A stretch of 64,000 nt of DNA from contig NC_052162.1 of NCBI RefSeq assembly GCF_902713615.1, forward strand, positions 124,272,653 through 124,336,652, in the 5' to 3' direction. The notes below the pieces were generated by a model, which worked only from the letters and a program-made list of their open reading frames with translations, searched no databases and had not been told where the DNA came from. How positions within the stretch are numbered: the stretch's first letter is position 1; each line of letters begins with the position of its first letter. Both the position numbers and the translations under genes were made by a program. Shown piece after piece: positions 48,930-61,460 of the stretch. The stretch comes from Scyliorhinus canicula (Eukaryota).

Positions 48930-50525
48930 AATGGACCCAGGCGGCCTGTCAATAAGTCACCGAAGGATAACATGCATGTGCAGCAAGTTATTAGGAAGGC
49001 TGATGGGATGTTGGCCTTTATCACAAGAGGATTTGAGTAGAGGAGTAGTGAAGACTTGCTTCAATAGTATAGAACCTTGGTTAGACCGCAGCTGGAGTAC
49101 TGGGTGCAGTTTTACTCCCCATACCTTAGGAAAGGTATTATTGCCACAGAGGGAGGGCAATGAAGGTTCACCAGACTTGTTCCGGGGATGGCCTATGAAG
49201 AGAGATTGGGGAACCTGGGTCTCCAGAATTTTGAAGAATGAGAGGGGATTTCATTGAAACTTACAAAATCCATAAAGGAATAGACAGGAGAGGTGCAGGT
49301 GAGATGTTTCCCCGGGTTGGGGAGTCTGGAACCAGGGGACATAATTTCAAAATAAGGGGGAAGCCACTTACGACCAGTCTCGGAGGAGACATTTCTTTAC
49401 TCAGAGGGTTGTGAATCTTTGGAATTCTCTACCCCAGAGGGCTGTGGGAGCTCAGTCACTGAGTGTGTTTAAAGCAGAGACTGACAGATTTCTAAATCGC
49501 AATAACACAAAGGGATATGGGGACAGTATGGGGAAAAAGGCATTGAAGTGGATGATCAACCATAATCGTATTGAATGGTGGAGCCGGCTCGAAGGGCTGA
49601 ATGGCCAACTCCTGCTCCTGTGTTCCAATGATTCAAAGGTAGGTGGGAAAGTAAATTGTGAAGAGGACATAAGGAGATTATGAAGGGATGTAAATAGGTT
49701 ACGTGAGTAGGAAAAGATCTGGGAAATGGAGAATAATGTGGGAAAATGTGAAATTGTTCATGGTGGCCAGAAGAATAAAAAAGCTTATTATCTAAATGGT
49801 GAGAGATTGCAGAGCTCTGAGACGGAGAGACCTGAGTGTCCAAGAGCATGAATCACAAAAGGCGAGTATACAGGTACAGCAAGTAATTAGGAAAGCTAAT
49901 AGAATGTTATTGTTTATTGTGAGGGGAATTGAATACAAAAGTAGGGAGGTTATGCTTCAGTTATACAGGACATTGGTGAGACCACATCTGGAGCACTGTG
50001 TACAGTATTGCTCTCATTTAAGTAATGATGTCAATGTGTTGGAAGCAGTTCAGAGAGGGTTTACTGGACTCATACCTGGAATAGGAGGCTGGTCTGATGA
50101 GGAATGATTGGACAGGCTGGGCTTGTGTCCGATGGAGTTTAGGTGACTTGATTGAACCGTATAAGATCCTGAGGGGCTTTGACAGGGTGGATGTGGAAAG
50201 GATGTTTCCTCGTGTGGGAGAATATAGAAATTGGAGTCACTTTAAAAGTAACAACTTGCTCATTTAAGAAGATATTTTTCTCTCAAGAGTGTTGTGAGTC
50301 TTTGGAACTCTCTTCTGCAAGGGGCAGTGGAAGCAAAGTCTTTGAATATTTTGAAGACAGAGCTGGATAGATTCTTGCCAAGCAAGGGGGTGAAAGGTTA
50401 TCGGGGGGTCGGGGGTCGGTGAGAATGTGGAATTGAAGTTACAATCAGATCAGCCGTGAACGTATTGAAAGGTGGAGCAGGCTCGAGGGGCCGAGTGGCC
50501 TACTCCTGCTCCTAATTCGTATGTT
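48930..50525 (+). mobile_element. Two tandem decayed CR1 3' fragments
   Basis: Two LVRP.LE..RFT.LIPG tracts, each ending in a cctgctcct tail. Confidence 0.8.
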
Positions 50526-50759
50526 ATCATCCTTTATAATAGATTGTAGCATTTTCCCTCCTACTGATATCAGGCTACGGGTCTGTGGTTCCCTGTTTTC
50601 TCTCTCCCTCCTTAAATAGTAGAGTTACATTTACCACCTTCCAATCTGCAGGAACCATTCCAGAATCTATTGAATTTTGAAAGATGATCACCAATGTATC
50701 CACTATCTCTCCAGCCGCCTCTTTCAACACTCTGGGATGTAGAGCATCAGCTTTTGGGG

Positions 50760-51365
50760 ATTTTGTTTAATAAATATTTTTTGTTGGGTTTTGAACAAGT
50801 AAAAAAATACAGGTATATACCTTGCAAAACACACACACAGACTCTTGGAAATATAACCGGACGGGAGGGGTCTTTCCTCTCCTCTCTTCTATTCTCTCCT
50901 TTTTACAGATCATCTAACTAGGGTGGAGGGGCTAATGCTTTTTACATTTTTTGTGCAGTTGCCTCGACATCGGCCATTGCTCGTTTCCCCTTCTCATTTT
51001 TCTTCGTGTTCTCTCGCCGTTCTGTGGTTGCTGCCACTGTTGTCTTTCCCTGTGCTCCCCCCCCCCCCATTTTTGGTCTCTTCTCTCTTTCCCCTTCTGG
51101 CTCCCCCTTTTTTCATCTCCTCCCTTCACCCCTCCCCACGCCTCCTTCTTCACTGCTGCCTCCCATTCTACCCCCACTACCTCCCTGACCCAGATCCTCC
51201 CTCGCTTTCCTCTTTCTGTCTTGGCCAGGCTCCTTCTCCCTGGCTACGTATCTATTTATGTATTGGACACAAACAGGTCCCAGAACAGTCGGGTGAATGG
51301 CTTCCGTGTTTTATTGAATTCCTATTCCGACCCACGGATGGTGAATTTGATTATCTCCATTTGGA
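50760..51365 (-). mobile_element. L1 3' fragment inside CR1 relic (about 50530-51860, -)
   Basis: EIIKFTIRGS..KPF ORF2 C-terminus, purine-rich 3'UTR, approximate TSD tttgggga. Confidence 0.6.
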
Positions 51366-51887
51366 GAAACTTTGGGGAATTTATTAACTTTCAACCACAT
51401 TAATTTCTCCAGTACTACCTGTTCACTGATACTAATCTCTTTCAGTTCCTCGTGATCACTAGTTCCTTGGTTCTCAGGCCGATTTCTGTATCTTCCTCTG
51501 TGAAGACAGACACACATTGTTTAGTTTCTCTGCCATTTCCTTATTCCCCTTTATAAACTCTCCTGTCTCTGCCTGGAATGGACCCACATTGGTCTTTGCT
51601 AATCTTTTCATTTTCACATTCCTATAGGAGCTTTTCCAGTCGCTTTTTTATGTTTCTCATCAGCTGGATCTCATATTCTATTTTCTGTTTATCAGTTTCT
51701 TCGCCCTCCTTTGCTGAATTCTAAAACAAGTTCCAAATCCTCAGGCTCACTACTATTTGGCCCACTTTATGAGCCTCTTCCTTTGATCCAATGGAATATT
51801 TAACGTTTCTTGTAAGCCACGGTTGTCTCACTTTCGCTGATTTTTGCTCCTTAAAGGAATCTATATTAGTTGCAGATATGTGAAATA

Positions 51888-52102
51888 AGAGTCCCCAAAG
51901 TCCCAGAGGCTGCTTTCCTCTTTGACAGAGTGAACTGACTGGTGGTGATTGAATCTGACAGTCACCACACCACAGTCGAGGGGCAATGTTGAAAAGGTGG
52001 GGCCTTCATGGATAACCTCAGCCGGTACGGGAGTTGAACCCCTGATATTGGAGTCACTGCGCATGACAAACCAGCCATCCAGCCAACTGAGTTAACTCTC
52101 CC
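51888..52102 (-). mobile_element. tRNA-derived SINE supplying the ZNF-F stop codon
   Basis: Paralogous copy of 7626-7840 with the same junction. Confidence 0.8.
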
Positions 52103-53110
52103 CGGTGTGAAGTTGCTGGTGTCTCCGCAGGTTGGATAACGTAGTGAATCCCTTCTCACACTGAGAGCAGGTGAGGGGCCTCTCCCCAGTGTGAACTCGC
52201 TGGTGTGTTTGCAGGCTGGAGAAATTAGTGAATCCCTTCCCACACCGAGAGCAAGTGAATGGCCTCCCCCCAGTGTGAATTCGCTGGTGCTTCCGCAGGC
52301 TGGATAATTGACTGAATTCCTTCCCACACTGAGAGCAGGTGAACGGCTTTTCCCCAGTGTGAACTCGCTGGTGTATTTGTTGGTGGGATAACTGAGTGAA
52401 TCCCTTCCCACACTGAGAGCAGGTGAACGGCTTCTCCCCAGTGTGAATTTGCTTGTGTGAACGCAAGCCAGATGGATCTGTAAATCCCTTCCCACACTGA
52501 GAGCAGGTGAACGGCCTCTCCCCAATGTGAACTCGCTGGTGTGAACGCAAGCCAGATGGATCAGTAAATCCCTTCCCACACTCAGAGCAGGTGAATGGCA
52601 TCTCCCCAGTGTGAACACGCTGGTGTCGCCGCAGGCAGGATAAATGACCAAATCCCTTCCCACATTGAGAGCAAGTAAATGGCTTCTCCCCAGTGTGAAC
52701 TCGTTGGTGTGTTTGTAGGTGGGATAACTGAGTGAATCCCTTCCCACACTGGGAGCAGGTGAACGGCCTCTCCCCAGTGTGAAGCCGCTGGTGTGAACGC
52801 AGGCCAGATGGATCACTGAATCCCTTTCCACACTGAGCGTAGGTGAACGGCTTCTCCCCAGTGTGAACCCGCTGGTGTGTTTGTAGGTGGGATAATTGAG
52901 TGAATCCCTTCCCACACTGGGAGCAGGTGAACGGCCTCTCCCCAGTGTGAACTCGCTGGTGTGACAGCAGGCCGGATAAGTCAGTGAATCCCTTCTCACA
53001 GTGAGAGCACATGAATGGCCTCTCCCCGGTGTGACTGCGTCGATGAATCTCAAGATGAGATGGTGCATTGAATCCTTAATACAGTCCCCACAAAACCATG
53101 GTTTCTCCAT
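52092..53110 (-). pseudogene. ZNF-F: paralog of ZNF-B with a 1-nt deletion in finger 1; 11 fingers open from ATG 53012
   Basis: [12 protein letters not shown] then frameshift near 53074; 306-aa finger ORF 53012-52092; exon start at 53467. Confidence 0.8.
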
Positions 53111-53750
53111 GTTTTGTGTCACCTTGTGTCTCTCCTGGTCAGAAAATCAGTCGGAAGTCTCATCCACACACTGAACACGTGCACGGTCTCTCCCAGCTGT
53201 GGCTTGTGTGATGATTTTTCAGGCTGTGTAGCTGGTTAAAGATCTTTCCACAGTCAGTGCTCTGGAACACTCTTATCGGGTGTGTGTGTCTCAGTGCTTT
53301 TCCAGTCACACTGATGTTTAAAATCTTTTGAGGCTGTCTGATCCGGCAAACATTCCCTTCTGGATTCAAAGGCCGATGATAGTCAGATCCCAAAGAATCT
53401 GGTGACTCTGTCAGATCGAGACGTTATGTTTGAGATTTCTGTCTGTAATTCCTCCTCTTCTCATATCCTGTAAAAGGAGTTTACAAAAGACATCACAGTC
53501 AGTACAGGATAGAAATTCAGAACAGACAATTCTAGTTTCTGGAGAACATTCTTTCCTCTCTCATTCCCCAATACCGAGTCTCTAATGCCTATTTCTCCCT
53601 GTCTTCAGGGAGCGGCAGAGTCTGGGAGCAGTCAGTATAAAGACCTTTCCTCGGGAATTCACCGCCTAGTTTCCAGGGAGTGGACTGAGGGGTCCGGATT
53701 TTCGTAGCTGAAGAAAGAAACCTTTCCTTGGGGATTTACGGCCTACTCAC

Positions 53751-54433
53751 CAGGGTGTGGATTAGGAGCCGGAAATTTAATACCTTCCTCCGGGGATCTG
53801 CGGCCGAGTCTCCAGCCAATGGAATCGGAGCTGGAGGACTGAGAGCTGCCTAGTCCTCCAGCCAATCAGAGTCAATGAGGGGCGGGGCTGTAGGACTCAG
53901 ACAGCCGCTTGGTCCTCCAGCCAATCAGAGTGAATAAGGGGCGGGACTGGAGGACTGAGAGCCGCCTGGTCCTCCAGGCAATCAGAGTGAATGAGGGGCG
54001 GGGTCTAACCTTATTGTGTTCCCGTCCCCATCTTCCACTCACTCAACAAATATTTTGGGCATTAACTTCAGGTCCTGGGAAAGAATTTCCAGAACCAGAA
54101 TCAGGAGTTGACAACTATTCATCAGGGTTTGCGGCTCCACAAAGTATTTCCAAATTCTCCCACCCACTTCGCTCGGGCTTTCCAAAACGAAGTCCCATTA
54201 ATCGGAAAGCGCATGCTCCAAACACCGACAACGCCGCATGCGTCCCAGCGTCGACCGGTAATGCGCATGTGCACTGAAGAGCACACCCAACGACTTCCTG
54301 CTGAGGTATTAACCAATGAAAAGAGTGGACCCAGCGGAAGGACACTGGACTTTCAGCCAATCAGAGCGCTTGCTTTGTGTGACTGGTGATTTAGCTTCAC
54401 ACAGACTGAAATCTCCTCCTGTCTCCAGCATCT
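53751..54433. promoter_or_regulatory. P4: bidirectional promoter and first exons of ZNF-F (-) and ZNF-G (+)
   Basis: Multiple CCAAT and GGGGCGGG boxes, GCGCATGC, CGCATGCG, TGCGCATGTGCA, ACTTCCTG; donors GTGAGT at 53750 (-) and 54434 (+). Confidence 0.75.
53806..54004. repeat. 57-59-bp tandem repeat of a CCAAT + GC-box unit (about 3.5 copies)
   Basis: gtcctccag(c/g)caatcagagt..gggcggg starts at 53853, 53912 and 53969. Confidence 0.85.
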
Positions 54434-54659
54434 GTGAGTAAAACACTTTCTTTTCTCCTCCTTTCCCTTTCTTTTCTCATTCTCACCTTCAATTGGTCAC
54501 TTGCAGCAACTGAAAGGAAAGGAAATGAATCCAGGGAGGGTGCAGACTCTGCAAAGCTTGGCTCAGTTCGCGCTCTCTCTTAAAGACATTGACATCCTTT
54601 GCTTACTCAGCTTGACACATTTATTTGTCTGGTTAAAAGGATGGTACCTTTTATGATTC

Positions 54660-56960
54660 ACCGGACCTGAGATCACCAAGCTCACCTGTCTGCCACACCC
54701 AAGAACAAAACCACACAACCTAGTCCCAGACAGATGTGCCCTGTGCACCACCTTGAACTGAGTCAAGCTGCACCGAACACAGGAGGAGGTCGAGTTGATC
54801 CTGTACAGTCTCACTCCACGCCCCCTCCACAGAAACCAGATCCAATTCCCCCTCCCACTTCCTCCTCACCTCATCCAGTGGAGCTTGCTGTGCAGCCAAG
54901 ATTCGACTGTAGATCTGAAATCCTACCCTCACCCACTTCAGCAAGAGATAGAATCCTAATCATCAGAGAGGGCGGGGGTGCTAAAGGAAACACCGAGATC
55001 GCCTTATGTAGGAAATCACGCATCTGAGAAAATTAGAGCTCGAGAGTTGTAATTTTTCTACCAAAAAATGTTTTCTATCAAAACCAATAAACCTGCCGTT
55101 CACAAACAAGTCACCAAACCTCTCCAGCCCTTCCCTCCAGGACCTAAATCCAAATCTGTAGGCACAAAGCGGTGAGTCCCACAGAGAGGGGCCAAGAACG
55201 ATATCTCATCCATCATGGAGACTGGGTCCGTGCCACCACGCACCCCAACAAAACAGAGCAAAGAGCAAGCTGTAGTCACCGTTGATCAACCTTCCCTATC
55301 CCCCATCTCCCCGCCTCTCATTAAAACCACAACCAAAAGCCCGAAGAACAACCCCAGACCCTGAGCTCAACAATCTTTAACCCCAAACAGAACAAACGCA
55401 CTCAGCCCATTATCTAAAACCGAGACTATGTTAATGAGCTGCAGTTACCCCCACCACTTCGCTCCCATTAACTACCTTCTTCAGCTCGCAGGGCAACTCT
55501 CTCCCGGGGCATATAAAACTGAGTAACCATAACAACCAACTCCCCTCCCCCCGCCTGCACCCAACCTTAAATAAAGGAGCCCCCCCCCCCCCCCAAACAG
55601 TAAAATACAAACTGGTACAAGAAACCCCAACAAGATCCCAAAACCACAATCCCTCTCCAATAACAAGAAGACCCCATATATAATACAAAATATACCCAGC
55701 CTGAGTTTCCTCACAAAAGCGTTGGCATCATCCAGCGCCTCAGAAGTAGTGACCTTTTGAATGAAAACTCACTCGGAGTTGTGCGGGGTAAACCGCCCCA
55801 AACCGAACTTCACATATGTAAAGTGCAGCCTTGGCCTTGATAAATGCCGCCCTCTTTTTTGGCAGCCGCGCCCCCTGATGGGGCCTGATGGGACGGCTCT
55901 CCCATTTGTAGTTACGGTGATCATTCGCCCACCTCAGAACTCGTTCCTTATCCCGGTAACTGTGGAAGCTGACGGTTATTGCCCGAGGTGGCTCTCCTGG
56001 GCGAGGTGGCTGACAGAGCGAGTGATGGGCCTGATCCACCTCGGGAGGGAACAACTGTCCACCCTCCCCACCATCTTCCCAAACATCCTGGACGTGTATT
56101 CAGTCGGGTCCGGGCCCTCCAATCCCTCCGGCAGCCCCATAACGCAAAGTGTTTGTCTCCTGGAGCGATTCTTTAAGTCGCCTACTTTGGCAGAGATTTG
56201 TTATTATCAACCAACAGACCAGCTCAGCCTCTAAAGAGACAATCCACTCACTCTTCATCGAAAGGGTGCCCTGCAACCCTTTACCGTTTCGTCCATTTTT
56301 TCCAATATCAATCGAATAGGAGCTGAGGGCTCCTCGATTGATATTGGGAGATCCTCGGAGATAGTCGGCTGTTGCTAAGATGCCCATGAGCATCTCAACT
56401 GACAACACTATAACTTTCGCTTCGGCAGCAGCCGCCGCTATTTTGTTTCCAATGAGCCTGGAAAAGAATCTGAATCGGATGACGATTCTTTGCTCGCTGG
56501 CTTCTTCAAACTTGGTTTCTTGGACATTAACACAGTATGGGAGCTTTATCCCATTGACAAATTTGAAATATCCCCAAACCCCCTCAAATATCGGGTGAAA
56601 ACGGGCAGCACCGTAGCATTGTGGATAGCACAAATGGGTCACTGTGCGGAGTCTGCACATCCTCCCCGTGTGTGCGTGGGTTTCCTCCCACAGTCCAAAG
56701 ATGTGCAGGTTAGGTGGATTGGCCATGATAAATTGCCATTGGTGTCCAAAATTGCCCTTAGCGTTGGGTGGGGTTACTGGGTTATGGGGGTAGGGTGGAG
56801 GTGTTGACCGTGGGTATGTTTGCTCTTTCCAAGAGCTGGTGCAGACTCGATGGGCCGAATGGCCTCCATCTGCACTGTAAATTCTATGAAACTGTGAAAA
56901 CAAAGTCCCCGGATGAGAGCTGCCTCATATGCGGCCGCTCCCGACATGTCGCAACCGGAG
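54660..56960 (-). mobile_element. Internally deleted, decayed L1 in the ZNF-G intron, with V-SINE 56603-56890
   Basis: L1-type 5' end near 56958; ORF1 remnants AH..PRA..DKERVLRW..YPA.LRV; ORF2 C-terminal QFKVVHRAHL. Confidence 0.75.
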
Positions 56961-57376
56961 ACCCTGTCTGTTCTGAATTTCTGTCCTGTACTGACACTGA
57001 TGTCTTTTGTAAATTGTTTTTCAAGGATATTAGAAAAGGAGGACTGACAGACAGAAATCTCAAACTAAACGTCTCGATCAGACTGGGTCACTTGATTCAT
57101 CAGGGCCTGAACATCATCTGACTTTGAATCTAGAAGGAAAAATGTTTGCCCCGTCTGTCAGCTTGAGAAGATTTTAAACATCAGTGTGACTGGAAAAGCA
57201 CCGAGACACACACACCCGAGTGAGAGTGTTCCAGAGCACTGACTGTGGAAAGAGCTTTAACCAGTTACATAGCCTGAAAAAACATCACACCATTCACAGC
57301 AGGAATAGACCGTTCTGTGTGTGAACAAGGCGTGAACTGATTGTCCGACCTGGAGAGACATAAGGAGACCCAAAAT

Positions 57377-58555
57377 ATGGAGAAACGATGGGAATGTGGG
57401 GACTGTGGGAAGGGATTCAGAGTCCCATCTGCACTGGAGATTCATCGACGCAGTCACACTGGGGAGAGACCATTCACCTGCTCTCAGTGTGAGAAGGGAT
57501 TCACTCAGTATTCTGACCTGCAGACACACCATCGAGTTCACACTGGAGAGAGGCCGTTCACCTGCTCTCAGTGTGAGAAGGGATTCAGTCAGTTATCCAG
57601 TTTGCGGACACATCAGCGAGTCCACACTGGAGAGAGACCGTTCAACTGCTCTCGGTGTGGGAAGGGATTCATTCAGTTGATCAGCCTGCAGATACATGAG
57701 CGAGTTCATACTGGTGAGTGGCCGTTCACCTGCTCTCAGTGTGGGAAGGGATTCATTTCCTCAACCAACCTGCAGATACACCAGCGAGTTCACACTGGGG
57801 AAAGGCCGTTTACCTGCTCTCCATGTGGGAAGGGATTCACTCAGTTATCCCACCTGCAGATACACCAGCGAGTTCACACTGGGGAAAAACCGTTCACCTG
57901 CTCTCAGTGTGAGAAGGGATTCACTCAGTTGATCAGCCTGCAGATACACCAGCGAACTCACACTGGGGAGAGGTCGTTCACCTGCTCTCAGTGTGGGAAG
58001 GGATTCACTCGGTTAGACAACCTGCAGTCACACCAGCGAGTTCACACTGGGGAGAGGCCGTTCACCTGCTCTCAGTGTGGGAAGAGATTCACTCGCTTAT
58101 CCCACCTGCAGAGACACCAAAGAGTTCACACTGGGGAGAAGCCATTCACCTGCTCTCAGCGTGGGAAGGGATTCACTCATATGTCCAGCCTGCAGACACA
58201 CCAGCGAGTTCACACTGGGGAGAGGCCATTCACCTGCTCTCAGTGTGGGAATAGATTCACTTTGTTATCCAACCTGCGGGCACACCGTAGGGTTCACACT
58301 GGGGAGAGGCCATTCGCCTGCTCTCAGTGTGAAAAGGGATTCACTCGGTTATCCAACCTACAGAGACACCAGCGAGTTCACACTGGGGAGAAGCCATTCA
58401 CCTGCTCTCCATGTGGGAAGGGATTCACTCAGTTATCCCATTTGCAGGCACATCAGCGAGTTCACACTGGGGAGAGTTTGTTCACCTGTTGTGAATGTGG
58501 GAAGGGATTCCGTGATTCATCGCACCTGCTGAGACATGAACAAGTTCACAAGTGA
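57377..58555 (+). CDS. ZNF-G: 392-aa C2H2 protein, 14 fingers (one C>R)
   Basis: aatATGG start; intact ORF; acceptor ttttcaag|GATATTAG at 57025/57026. Confidence 0.92.
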   Translation: MEKRWECGDCGKGFRVPSALEIHRRSHTGERPFTCSQCEKGFTQYSDLQTHHRVHTGERPFTCSQCEKGFSQLSSLRTHQRVHTGERPFNCSRCGKGFIQLISLQIHERVHTGEWPFTCSQCGKGFISSTNLQIHQRVHTGERPFTCSPCGKGFTQLSHLQIHQRVHTGEKPFTCSQCEKGFTQLISLQIHQRTHTGERSFTCSQCGKGFTRLDNLQSHQRVHTGERPFTCSQCGKRFTRLSHLQRHQRVHTGEKPFTCSQRGKGFTHMSSLQTHQRVHTGERPFTCSQCGNRFTLLSNLRAHRRVHTGERPFACSQCEKGFTRLSNLQRHQRVHTGEKPFTCSPCGKGFTQLSHLQAHQRVHTGESLFTCCECGKGFRDSSHLLRHEQVHK

Positions 58556-58996
58556 TTACAGGGGTTGGATTTTGCTGTTATTGTTTATGCTCTGTATTAC
58601 ATCCAGGACTGCATTTTTTGTCATTCTGACAGTTGGTCAATGGGGATGGTTGGAGTGATTCTTCTGCTGGACTGGCCGGTGTCACGACTTTGACTCCAGT
58701 GGGCTGACGTTCTTTGAGCCTTGTTGTGAATCCCTGGTTTCACATTTCACAAGGATCAGAGATTAAAAGTTAGTTTGGAAGTTGGAAGATATTTCCTTCC
58801 CATTTCTGTTTGGATCCCTCTAAAGCATGCCACCTTGCCATGGAGATGGGCAATGGAGGTACATGGTTCTTTTGTTTAATTTATCTCTGTGTTTCTTGCA
58901 GAAGAAAATTATCAAGGTATAGGGCAGGTTATCTGACATGGACTGAGAAACAACATTAAATGGTGTGATGGGAGATGGGCAATAACTAATATTTCT

Positions 58997-59192
58997 GGGG
59001 ATTGGTTAGCTCAGTTGGCTGGATGGCTGGTTTGTGATACTGAGCGACACCAACAGCGTGGGTTCACCTGCCATACCGGCTGAGGTCATCCGTGAAGGCC
59101 CTGCCCCCTCAACATTGCCCCTCGAGTGAGGTGTGGTGACCGTCAGATTAAATCAGCACCAGTCAGCTCTCTCTCTCTCACGCAAAGGGGAA
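58997..59192 (+). mobile_element. tRNA-derived SINE (same family as the stop-codon donors)
   Basis: ggggattggTTAGCTCAGTTGG..ccggctgaggtcatcc..caccagtcagctc. Confidence 0.8.
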
Positions 59193-59606
59193 TGCTCTGA
59201 TGGAATTCTGACAATGTACCAGTCAGTAACAAGGTTAAGATATGGGAGTTATGTATACACAAGACCCAAGGACGGTCGATGAGGGGATCTGGAAGACATC
59301 ATGAGTTCGTGACTAACCCCCTAGCTGTCCATGAGCTGATCACGCAGTTCCCTGCTGCCCAGTAACCACTTTCATTGGATCTACCAGTGTGTAATCTGTA
59401 ATCATTGTGATTGGATTGTGTCCGGCTGAGTTGGGCTGACTAACTATTTGAAATTGTATAAATGATGATGATTCCCTTTGTTCAGTGGCGATGTATCTGC
59501 TTTTACCCAGAGGCTTACTCCCCGCCGGTGTTACAACAATAAACTGTTTGATGTTTGAAGCAGATCTGAATGTCGAGGGATTCTTTTGGATTCATTCCCG
59601 CTCACA
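59193..59606 (+). mobile_element. Probable solo LTR
   Basis: TG..CA, TATAAAT near 59457, AATAAA near 59538, flanking ggaa on both sides. Confidence 0.55.
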
Positions 59607-59609
59607 GGA

Positions 59610-60960
59610 ACATAACCTACTTTTGTATTCAATTCCCCCACAATAAACAATAACATTCTATTAGCTTTCCTAATTACTTGCTGTACCTGTATACTAGCCT
59701 TTTGTGATTCATGCTCTTGGACACCCAGATCCCTCTGAGTCTCAGAGCTCTGCAATCTCTCACCATTTAGATAATAAGCTTTTTTATTCTTCTGGCCAAC
59801 ACGGACAATTTCACATTTTCCTACGTTATTCTCCATTTGGCAGATCTTTTCCCACTCACTTAACCTATCTATATCCCTTTGTAATCTCCTTATGTCCTCT
59901 TCACAATTTACTTTCCTCCCTGTGGGGGCAGCACAAGTGGATAGCACTGTGGCTTCACAGCGCCAGGGTCCCAGGTTCGACTCCCCGCTGGGTCACTGTC
60001 TGTGCGGAGTCTGCATGTTCTCCCCATGTCTGCGTGGGTTTCCTCCGGGTACTCTGGTTTCCTCCCACAGTCCAAAGACATGGTGGTTAGGTGGATTGGC
60101 CATGATAAATTGCCCTTAGTGACCAAAGAAAGGTTAGATGTGGTTATTGGGATAGGGTAGAAGTGAAGGCTTAAGTGCGTTGGTGCAGACTTGATTGGCC
60201 GAATGGCCTCCTGCACTGTGTGTTCTATCTTTGTATCAGAGAAGCAGGCCATTCAGCTCATCAAACCTACTCTCCCATTCAATATAATCATTCACTTCAT
60301 TGCCTTTTTCCCCACACTATCCGCATCTCCTTTTGAAATGAAATGAAAATCACTTATTGTCACAAGTAGGCTTCAATGAAGTTACTGTGAAAAGCCCCTA
60401 GTCGCCACATTCTGGCACCTGTTCCGGGAGGCTGTTATGGGAATCGAACCGTGCTGCTGGCCTGACTTGGTCTGCTTTTAAAGCCAGCGATTTAGCCCAG
60501 TGTGCTAAACCAGCCCCTTGTGTTATTGGGATTTAGAAATCTGTCAGTCGCTGCTTTAAACACACTCAATGACTGAGCTCCCACAGCCCTCTGGGGTAGA
60601 GAATTCCAAAGATTCACAACCCTCTGAGTAAAGAAATGTCTCCTCCGAGACCCGTCCTAAGTGGCTTCCCCCTTATTTTGACATTGTGTCCCCTGGTTCC
60701 AGACTCTCCAACCAGGGGAAACATCTCACCTGCACCAACCCTGTCTATTCCTTTATGGATTTTGTAAGTTTCAATGAGATCACTTCTCATTATTTGAAAC
60801 TCTAGAGAACACAGGTCAGGTTTCCCCAATCTCTCCTCAAAGGGCAGCCCTGCCATCCCTGGAACAAGTCTGGTGAATGTTTGTTGCGCTCCCACTCTGG
60901 CGATAAGGGCAGTAAAACTGTACACAGTCCTCCAGCTGCGGTCTGACCAAGGTTCTGCAC
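59610..60960 (-). mobile_element. CR1 fragments with V-SINE (59925-60230) and short SINE (60335-60517)
   Basis: Inverted paralog of about 49000-49950. Confidence 0.8.
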
Positions 60961-61094
60961 AACAGGTACATTCTGGTCGGTCTCACCACTTTGCTTCCAG
61001 TGGGGCTGATGCTAATTGAGCTTTGGAGTGGACGTTGCTGCTGAAATGGTCTACAAGAGATAATGAAGGACATTTATTTTGTCCTGGATAGTAT

Positions 61095-61460
61095 GGGGGA
61101 GGCGGTGACCTCGTGGTATTGTTGCTGGATTAATAATCCAGAGACCCAGGGTAATGCTCTGGGGTCCCAGGTTCAAATCCCGTCAGGGCAGATGGTGAAA
61201 TTTGAATTCAATAAAAATTTGGAATTAAAAGCCTAATGATGACCATGAAACCATTTTGAACCCATCTGGTTCACTGATGTCCCTCAGGGAAGGAAATCTG
61301 CCCATCCTTACCCAGTCTGGCCCACATGTGACTCCAGACCCACACACATGCGGTTGACTCTTAACTTTCCCCCACTGAAATGTCCCAGCAAGTTTAAGGG
61401 CAATTATGAATGGGCAACAAATTCTGGCCCAGCCAGCGATACCCACATCCCAAGAAATAA
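61095..61460 (+). mobile_element. tRNA-derived SINE
   Basis: B box ggttcaaatccc; tail gggcaacaaattctggcccagccagcgatacccacatccc matches the LINE end near 30390-30440 (-). Confidence 0.7.
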
